Below, piece by piece: positions 39,801 to 64,000 of a DNA stretch of 64,000 nucleotides. The notes under the pieces were generated by a model. The model searched no databases, was not told the DNA's origin, and worked only from the letters and a program-made list of their open reading frames with translations. Both the position numbers and the translations under genes were made by a program. Numbering within the stretch: the stretch's first letter is position 1; each line of letters starts with the position of its first letter. Source of the DNA: Macrostomum lignano (lineage: Eukaryota); NCBI GenBank assembly GCA_002269645.1, contig NIVC01002161.1, forward strand, positions 133,989-197,988, given 5' to 3'.

Positions 39801-42800
39801 ATTCGACAGCGGCAATGTCCTGCTTCTGAAACACGGGCGCCAGGTGGTTAAACGATTCCCAGCTGAGGAAGCCCTCGAATCGTTCAACGGAATCATCCGT
39901 GACCTTGGCGTGCACGCCGCGCTTCGACTCTGATTGCTTGCCTTTGGAAAGAGCAACAGATCGGCTCATGAGCTGACAAATGGACTTAAACAGAAACCGA
40001 ACTAAGTCGGATCGAATTGTTGGCGAAGCATCGCGACCGAACGCTTCTCTGACGCCGGAGATTTTGAAAAACGCGCTCGAAGACAGCTTCTTCAATTGGT
40101 CAGCTAGAACACGAATCGTGGACGTAACAGTCAGGTAGGAATGACCTTCGAGCGGAGCCAGAGCTTTCTGCAGCCTAGAGCGACACTCGTCAGCTTCCAG
40201 TACGCTTTCTAACGAAACTTCAACCGAATCTAAATTTCGCAAATCCAAAGCTCGCTGATACTTAGCAACTATCTGCACCGGACTTTTTGGCTCGCGTGAT
40301 ACCATCAGGTCGTTAAGACATCGCCACTGAAGTATCGTCACATTCTGTTCAGAGAGGCGGTTAAACAAAACGAACTGTTCCGCAAGCTCGTCATTGGCAC
40401 TGTTTGCCAGCTCAATGACAACTCGGCCAGGTTTGAACGCCAGCAGATAGCTGGAGTGGCACAGCATCCCGGTGAGCAGCGCCTCAAACAGCATGGTTTC
40501 TAGAGCGCCTGCGTCATCGATCCAACCAACATCCAGATGTAGGAGGTCACGCTGCTCTAGGCCGCTTAATTTCTCCGCTAAATCGAGCTTGCCGATCTTG
40601 CCGCTGACGTGAACGCAGCGCAGGCGGCTCTCAGTGTCAGCGGCCAGCCTGCGCACCAGCTCGGTCTTGCCGCATCCAGCCCGCTCAGACCGGACAAGTG
40701 TCACAGAGTCGCCGCAGATCGCGCCCAGGGCTGCGGAAAGTTGCAAGTCCGAGTCAAAAACGGGCTGCTGTTGCTGGCATTGGTCTCTGAAGATTCCAAG
40801 TAGACGATGTGTGCTAGCAGCTCTGCAGAATACTGCTAGACGGCCTAGGTTGCCTGCATCGCAGAGGCCTAGAATGCTGGCAGCCAGGTGGTTGAGCAGC
40901 CGCTGACTGAGCAGTTCGGTGCAAAGAATGTAGTGCACTCGGCTGGGGCTGCTAGCGCTTCGCTGAAGCAGCAGTGAAATCTCCTCCTCGGCGGTGTCAG
41001 CAGAGCAAAACAGAATCTCCGACGGTAACGGTGAATGAGTCTGTAGAGCATAGGCGAAAAAGTAATAATTTGGTTTTCAGAATTCAGTGAGCCCCGGTAA
41101 GAAAGGTACCTAAGTCAGGAAGCGTCCTAGAGTCCCTTACGTCGCCCCAGTCGTTGCAGGTAACATGGGTAAAGTGGAAAATGTGACTTTATACAACTCT
41201 AAAATGACGAGACGTCACAGTAAAAGTCGCCAAAAAAGGTTGTCAAAGAGTCACTTAAGAGTCAATTTGAGGCGTTATATTGTTGGGACTCTGAAACGAC
41301 TCTGGGACCACGCCACGCAAGTAACTCTGGGGCGCTTCTAGGCGCTTCTGAGGCATTCTAGAGTCGTTGTAGAATCAATGAATTGCGTCTAAAGCGCATG
41401 TGCGTCATTAACGTTGCATTTCGTATTTATAACTATTCAGGCTACTTAAATCAGTAGAAATTTGAGAGCTATAACACGAAATTTGGAGACACTTTCGACT
41501 CTTACGACTCTACAACTTATGTGATGGACTCGTAACTCAACAGTCAACTTTCCTTCGCATTACGGTCGTTTGAGTCTTTAAAAAGCCACAAAACTCGCCC
41601 AGAGTCACTAGTGAGCTGTTTGCAATGACTAGCGATTCCTGTCACGATAAGTTTTTAAACGGGAGCTTGAGCTAACGTCTTAATGCAAAGTTGCCAACTC
41701 ACCTGAGACTGCCGCCACACGGTAAGGAACGCTCTAACAGAGTGCGGCTCTTTACTGGGATCAACGCGTAAAACCATCAAGCGGCCTCGTTGAACACACA
41801 GTGGAGATTCGGGGAGCTGGTGAGCGCAATCGAGTTGGCGGTCGGGAAGTGCAGGCAATTGAGACAGCCAATCAGCGAGCGCTATGATATGTTCTCGTAG
41901 GATGTCTTTCTGCCCTGTTGGGCCTAATTTTCTGACTTTGTCGACGTTGAATTCGAGGTGCGGCATATTGCCATACTGCGGCAGCCTTTGTGCATCTCTG
42001 TTAACAAATAAAAGTATTGGCCGTATATGTTGATCTGACACATTGGTTTCGGTTAGAAAGTGGTGCATTCTGAGCAGGTTTGCGCCGAATAAGTGGTTTA
42101 ATAGAGGCCTTTTCTGTCTTGCCTCGCTTAGGACAGATTCCCATATTTCTAAATTACGGCGAAACTTTGCCTCTCGATCTGCCAGTTTTTTAGCCGAGCG
42201 TTTTTTGTCGGCTTCGAAGTGAAGTGGATGACCGACTGATTGCAGTTTCCTATGCAATTGGAACACCTGGGAAGAAAAGTGCAGGTTTTTCCTCTTAAAT
42301 TTTACATAAATAGGTAATCCTGGTAAACAAAAATTATAGAAACTTACCCTTTCAAGAGAGTCGATCAGGTCGACAAATATTTTTAACTTCCTCCGATCAT
42401 CGTCTGTGACGAGAGAGTACGAAGAGCCTACGATCATTAACACGCGGCATCGATGGTCAATCAGCTTTGACAGTGGCCAATGTTCGTCACATGTAGCATC
42501 GAATAACTCGCAAGTAGATTTAGACTCACAAATTTCAATTGAAAACATCAGATCATCTTCATCCATGCACTCAACCAAAGCTAGAGCTTGTTTTCTAGAA
42601 GAGTCGCCTCGAGAGGACAAACTGTCGTGCAGATTCTGAATAGCTACAAGATGACTAAAGCAAGTCTCAATACATTCCACGGCATCCTTGGCTCGGGCAT
42701 CTGAGACAACGAAAATCTGATCCGAGCCCTCGAGGCCAAAGTTAAGAGCCATTGCCAGTTCTTCCATGCTTGTCTTCATTCCCAAGATGCCTTCTCCTGA

Positions 42801-43511
42801 TTTGATCTTGTCAATTAGCATTCGGAGCATTTCCTGCAGCTTGATGAGAGCATTGATGTGAGCAAAGCTCACCTCTTCTGAATCTTCGTCATTGGCGGCG
42901 TCGAACAACTGCTGAAAGTCTGAGTTAACCTGAGCTATCAAGAATTTGAATACATTACTTCGCTCACAAAGTTTTGTTAGGATGTTCCAGTGATTTTGTG
43001 ACAGTGGCTTGCACAGCTTTACTAAAAAATTTGCGGCCTCATTGAAATCTTTTACTAAGCTTCCGCCTCGACATTTCCTAAAATATTTCTCACAAACAGC
43101 TAGCACGGAGGGCTCAAACAAATGTTGCAGTGGTGACTGCAAGAGCAGCTGGCAGTAGTGCTTCCATGTCTTTCGGTACTTCAAATTTTCAACCAGCTCC
43201 TTGTCTGATAAAGCTGGTGACTCATAACCGAGAAACTGCTGAGCCAAATATTGCTCCAATTCAATGTCTGTCTTTGGAGAAAACTTTTTCTTGACATCCG
43301 CAACGTTTTCATGCTTTAAACTTCGTTGTAGAAACTGTTTGTAGCGATCAATAACATCCCTGAGAACATCAAATACTTCGGCAACAGTATAGGCCCCCTG
43401 GTCCAGTGAGTAAATCTCAGTGAATATGGTGGATTCAAGAAGGCCGCTCAGATCACGAGCAGTTTTGGCGTACCCTTGAAATACTTTCTCTAGAAAGTTC
43501 GTTGCCTTCAT
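24809..43511 (-). CDS. RNF213: RNF213 (mysterin)-like dynein-type AAA+ ATPase/E3-module protein, 5' incomplete; exons 43511-42348, 42266-41703, 41040-39460, 38805-38026, 37845-37496, 36641-36083, 35478-34952, 32686-32261, 31942-31561, 31047-29908, 29338-26469, 25861-25309, 24883-24809 (at least 3656 aa)
   Basis: RNF213-type motifs occur in the expected order: PLPSEILFCSADTAEEEI, RSERAGCGKT/LLHLDV, VPVLIIGETGCGKT, FHAGTT, WLFLDEINT...AASNPYR, LLENVF..VPVFLVGKPGCSKS, VVLLDEIGLAE..PLKVLHSLLE, SNWALDPAKMNR, LYDMLNQNY, FLNRFEK, FCGYHPE. All 12 introns are GT-AG with matching phases, and the summed length of 10971 nt is divisible by 3. Confidence 0.92.
24935..25100 (+). mobile_element. Truncated copy of the same SINE family (head plus central module)
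   Basis: Shares agcgcaggctctg.tgtgccagcg.cccaggctcgattccaagtgcagtca with the 10545 copy; lies in the last RNF213-like intron. Confidence 0.8.
26115..26393 (-). mobile_element. SINE copy, long variant with central module
   Basis: The reverse complement contains the B-box head, the central module and the 3' part (gcgtacgtatccgcgcgcttg...aagtgcgccagggtgcaca..cccctgcctct) matching the 10545 copy. Confidence 0.85.
29505..29860. repeat. 19-bp minisatellite (ctagggtcgggatcgatat) in an RNF213-like intron
   Basis: Period 19. Confidence 0.95.
31128..31530. repeat. 21-bp minisatellite (gctaggaaagtgacacacact)
   Basis: Period 21. Confidence 0.95.
31972..32215. repeat. 23-bp minisatellite (tagatggtcagagggcgattttc)
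   Basis: Period 23. Confidence 0.93.
32800..33346. repeat. 53-bp minisatellite (aaaccagttaccataaactgtggtatccttgttgctatgctgtctctaggcca), with a detached unit at about 34784-34850
   Basis: Period 53. Confidence 0.93.
33347..34783. other. About 1.4-kb unique insertion interrupting the 53-bp minisatellite (contains the 34060 MITE)
   Basis: The array stops at 33346 and one further unit resumes at about 34784; no clean TSD was found. Confidence 0.5.
34060..34294. mobile_element. MITE with about 58-bp terminal inverted repeats and TA TSD (Tc1/mariner-like)
   Basis: ctcagcaacagcta(aa)C12aactcacgctgtcac..ggc.caaaagtt is mirrored at 34239-34294 with few mismatches; TA at 34058-34059 and 34295-34296. 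Confidence 0.8.
36730..37060. repeat. Degenerate tandem repeat of about 80 bp (aagcatcccggat..aatacta...cactgat)
   Basis: The aagcatcccggat motif recurs at roughly 80-nt spacing with decayed copies. Confidence 0.65.
37133..37360 (-). mobile_element. 5'-truncated SINE copy
   Basis: The reverse complement matches the central module and the 3' half (gcctctcgccgg.tgtgtgacaatgtcgctt.aagtgcgccagggtgcacaca) and ends in an A-rich tail. Confidence 0.85.
38837..38941 (+). mobile_element. Remnant of a hAT-like DNA transposon end
   Basis: Starts CAGGGGTCGGCGAACCCCGGCCCGTGGGCCACATGCGACCCG, like hAT/Charlie-type termini. An internal segment recurs at about 11008-11058. No matching opposite end was found. 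Confidence 0.45.
38975..39290. repeat. CT-rich polypyrimidine microsatellite
   Basis: Almost only C and T on the + strand. Confidence 0.95.
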
Positions 43512-43580
43512 CAGCGAAATTTTTCTTCAACTTCCGCTGACGTTTTCTTAAACCTTGCCTGGTAATCTGAAATGTCATCC

Positions 43581-44284
43581 NNNNNNNNNNNNNNNNNNNN
43601 NNNNNNNNNNNNNNNNNNNNNNNNNNNNNNNNNNNNNNNNNNNNNNNNNNNNNNNNNNNNNNNNNNNNNNNNNNNNNNNNNNNNNNNNNNNNNNNNNNNN
43701 NNNNNNNNNNNNNNNNNNNNNNNNNNNNNNNNNNNNNNNNNNNNNNNNNNNNNNNNNNNNNNNNNNNNNNNNNNNNNNNNNNNNNNNNNNNNNNNNNNNN
43801 NNNNNNNNNNNNNNNNNNNNNNNNNNNNNNNNNNNNNNNNNNNNNNNNNNNNNNNNNNNNNNNNNNNNNNNNNNNNNNNNNNNNNNNNNNNNNNNNNNNN
43901 NNNNNNNNNNNNNNNNNNNNNNNNNNNNNNNNNNNNNNNNNNNNNNNNNNNNNNNNNNNNNNNNNNNNNNNNNNNNNNNNNNNNNNNNNNNNNNNNNNNN
44001 NNNNNNNNNNNNNNNNNNNNNNNNNNNNNNNNNNNNNNNNNNNNNNNNNNNNNNNNNNNNNNNNNNNNNNNNNNNNNNNNNNNNNNNNNNNNNNNNNNNN
44101 NNNNNNNNNNNNNNNNNNNNNNNNNNNNNNNNNNNNNNNNNNNNNNNNNNNNNNNNNNNNNNNNNNNNNNNNNNNNNNNNNNNNNNNNNNNNNNNNNNNN
44201 NNNNNNNNNNNNNNNNNNNNNNNNNNNNNNNNNNNNNNNNNNNNNNNNNNNNNNNNNNNNNNNNNNNNNNNNNNNNNNNNNNNN
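43581..44284. other. Assembly gap (704 N)
   Basis: Run of N characters. Confidence 1.
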
Positions 44285-44685
44285 CTCTCTCCTCTCTCCC
44301 CTTCTCTCTCTCCCTCTCCTCTCTTCCCCTCTCCTCTCTCCCCTCTCCTCTTCTCCCTCTCTCTCTCCCTCTCCTCTCCCCCTCTCCTCTCTCCCTCTTC
44401 CTCTCTCCACTCTCCTCTCTCCCCTCTCCTCTCTCTCCCCTCTCCTCTCCCCTCTCCTCTCTCCCTCTCTCCTCCTCTCCTTTCTCCTCTCTCCTCTCGC
44501 CTCTCCCCTCTCCTTCTCCTCTCCTCTCTTCCCCTCTCTCTCTCCCTCTCTTCTCTCTCTCCTTTCTCCTCTCCTCTCTCCCCTCTCTCTCTCCCCTCTC
44601 CTCTTCCCCTCTCCTCTCTCCCTCTCTCTCCTCCTCTCTCCTCTCTCCTTCCTCTCTCCCTCTCCTCTCTCCTCTCTCCCCTCTT
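44285..44685. repeat. CT-rich microsatellite abutting the gap
   Basis: Only C and T on the + strand apart from rare bases. Confidence 0.95.
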
Positions 44686-45140
44686 GTTGTGACAGTGCAA
44701 CGTGATTTAGTTGCATGATGATTCATTGAATAGTTTGCTTTGAAATCTATTGATAAGTTATTGCACAATCAGTGTTCAGTTTAACGTGCCAATGCTAGCT
44801 AACGATTGAGTAATGTTCATCGTGCATGCTTTGACTATAAATATATTGAGCGAGACCCAAGTGTCTCCAACTGACTGAATTCAATTTCAATTAACTAAAA
44901 CACAACACCTCTCTTCTCCTCTCTCGTCTGTCTCCTCTCCTCTCTCCATTCTCTTCTCCCCTCTCCCCTCTCATCTCCCTCTCCTCTACCCTCTCTCCTC
45001 TCCTTTCACCTCTCTCTCCTTTTCTCTGTTCTCGTCCCCCATTTGATGCCACTCAAAAACATTCTCCCGCAAAGCTTTCAAAGGTGCCACCTATTACTCT
45101 GATGATTAATTGCAGACCAGACCAGACACACCAGGCTCAA

Positions 45141-62184
<17,044 letters not shown>

Positions 62185-63825
62185 CAATGAATCCATCAGC
62201 GAAGGAATTGCCCATTGACTGATTTGAGACAGCTCTGTGACAGCCCACACATTCTCTGCCTGTACATTTGATCTAATCTGTTAACCAAATTTGCACTCTT
62301 GTCGCAGACTTGCTGTACACAGAAACCGTTCGAATAGGTTTGCAAAATTTCTATTGGACTTGTTCATAAAGTGCCACACTTTAACTATTAAATCATTAGT
62401 ATTATTATTGAAGTAAAGCATTCATTATAAAAACTGTCAGAATGAAAATACACAGCAATTTTGCCTATCTGTCATGAACTCTTGCCATCATGTTGTTACT
62501 TATGCATAAAAAGTATAAATTAATGAAATAGGATCCAGAACTCAATTGAAGGTCTAAGTTGAAACATATTTTCTTTAGTTTGGAGGGCTGATTAAAAATT
62601 TGAGGGTTAGCCTCAGTGTTGAGTGACTGCAGCATCGAATCGTTAAAAGTAAAGCACATTGGAATCATTCAAGGGCTCACTGCTCACGGCTTAGAGACGA
62701 TTTACATGCTTCACAGACTTTGCTCAGCCGAGAAAGTACAGGTGCCAAGAATTAAGAAAAGCCGCGAAGTGATGCAGGTACAAAACAGCTGCCTCAAACC
62801 TTGCTCTACAACCGCTGCATTTGAGGTGTTACAAATGGTTCCACAAGTTGGAATTGCACCTGTGCTTGCAGCTCATTCACAACGCATTGGATCTCTATAC
62901 TCTAAGAACGGTGGTCATCTGCCCTTCTCCAAATTTTAAGTTCCAACCATCTGTCGTTCACTACCTACAATGAATTATTTATAATCCTACTACTGTTAAG
63001 TAGTGCGTATGGCGGACTGGTATATAATTCTTCTTTAGGACAGAATTCAAACGAGCGTTAAATCTTGCCGCATACACGAGCTCATTGGGCGATTGTATTT
63101 TAACTAAAAGATGCTGGAGCTTCATCAAGTATTAAAAATTTGAAGAGAGAAAGAGATAAAGAGAAGCGAAGAGGAGAGGAGCCAGCAAAACAGACAGACG
63201 AGTCCCTTGCAAACCAAGTCTACTGGAATGCACTTTTTCAGCTTTATCATCTTATTCTCTCTCTCTCTCTCTGTCTCTCCTCTCCCTAAGCCCCGGCAGT
63301 CCAACAGCCGCGCTTCCGGCCAAACAGGCGCTGAAGCCGCTAGGCTAACAGTAGCACCCGCCGGCCCAGCCAGACTCCGCTGCTCAGAGCCACTTTGCGT
63401 CGTCACTGTGCTCTCAAAGTCTCATCTTCTTTTGAATTTTGGGCGCAGCTAATAGCTGGGTGTATATGTGCAAGTATATATAAAAGCTCGCCTTGAAAGA
63501 CTGCATGGGGAGGGGGCTGTCCTCTGTCATGGCTAGTTACCATTAATTCAGTCCTCGGGTAGTTTCTCAGGCTTAACTATTTTATAGAAGATAGCCATTG
63601 AATAGCAATACCGCTATTGGGTGAAATCTGGCACTGTGGCCGCTGAATGCACATTCTGTTAACAATGAACAGCTTTCGGAGCGAACAGAATAGATTATAG
63701 ATAGCGCAAAATAAAAGCAGAGACACGTTTGCGCCCTGTCTGTCTGTAACTAGCCGTCATTATATCAGCATATAAAGCAGTCAAATCTCTCCGATCTTTA
63801 CACTCTACCAGCTGTCAATCAGGCC

Positions 63826-64000
63826 ATGACGTCAGCCGCGTCAGCATTCGAGTTCATCAAAAACAGCTGACACTCCGGCTCCGTCACTAGCCGAGCCAGC
63901 AGTGGGGGCCGTCAGCCTGGCAGCCGCGGCCGACTCCCAGACCACCATCCGCCTGCTGCCGTTCGGCTTCGAGGAGCGAGTGAACTTCGACGCTCGCCAG
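63826..64000 (+). CDS. Possible start of an unknown gene running off the window
   Basis: TATAAA at about 63769-63774 and gccATG at 63826. The ORF closes at 63870, but dropping one A from the A5 run (63859-63863) gives an open, protein-like frame (...DSQTTIRLLPFGFEERVNFDARQ) to the window end. Confidence 0.25.

Noticed and set aside
41080-41650. GACTC/GAGTC-rich intron as an inverted-repeat element
   Set aside because: Only short, patchy complementarity between the ends; no definable TIR or TSD.
43453-44768. ORFs spanning the N run
   Set aside because: Artefacts of translating through the gap and the CT repeat.

Overview
Eukaryotic (metazoan) genomic DNA with GT-AG introns, GC-rich exons and a minisatellite in most introns. 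This style resembles a free-living flatworm such as Macrostomum, but that is inference only. There is a 704-N gap at 43581-44284. I reconstructed six genes by hand with phase-consistent splice sites: (1) Cdc42 (+, 1118-4146, 3 exons, 202 aa); (2) a secreted PAN/apple plus three thrombospondin-like-repeat protein (-, 9732-7590, 3 exons, about 280 aa), mostly missed by the ORF track; (3) a second, divergent Cdc42 paralog (+, 12483-14957, 199 aa); (4) an orphan rhodopsin-class peptide-receptor-like GPCR (-, 22043-19374, 2 exons, about 436 aa); (5) an RNF213/mysterin-like AAA+ giant (-, at least 43511-24809, 13 exons, at least 3656 aa, 5' end lost at the gap); (6) a 7-cadherin-repeat protocadherin (+, 45141-62184) whose first exon carries at least 5 single-base deletions. 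Mobile DNA includes a tRNA-derived SINE family (4 copies, one full length with a 13-bp TSD), a solo LTR with a 4-bp TSD and two TA-flanked MITE/foldback elements, alongside more than 25 tandem arrays. The most notable leads are the RNF213-like protein, which keeps its ATPase motifs but shows no RING and has a CxxC-x20-CxxC ribbon where the RZ finger should be; the PAN plus 4-Trp TSR protein; and the reciprocally diverged Cdc42 pair.
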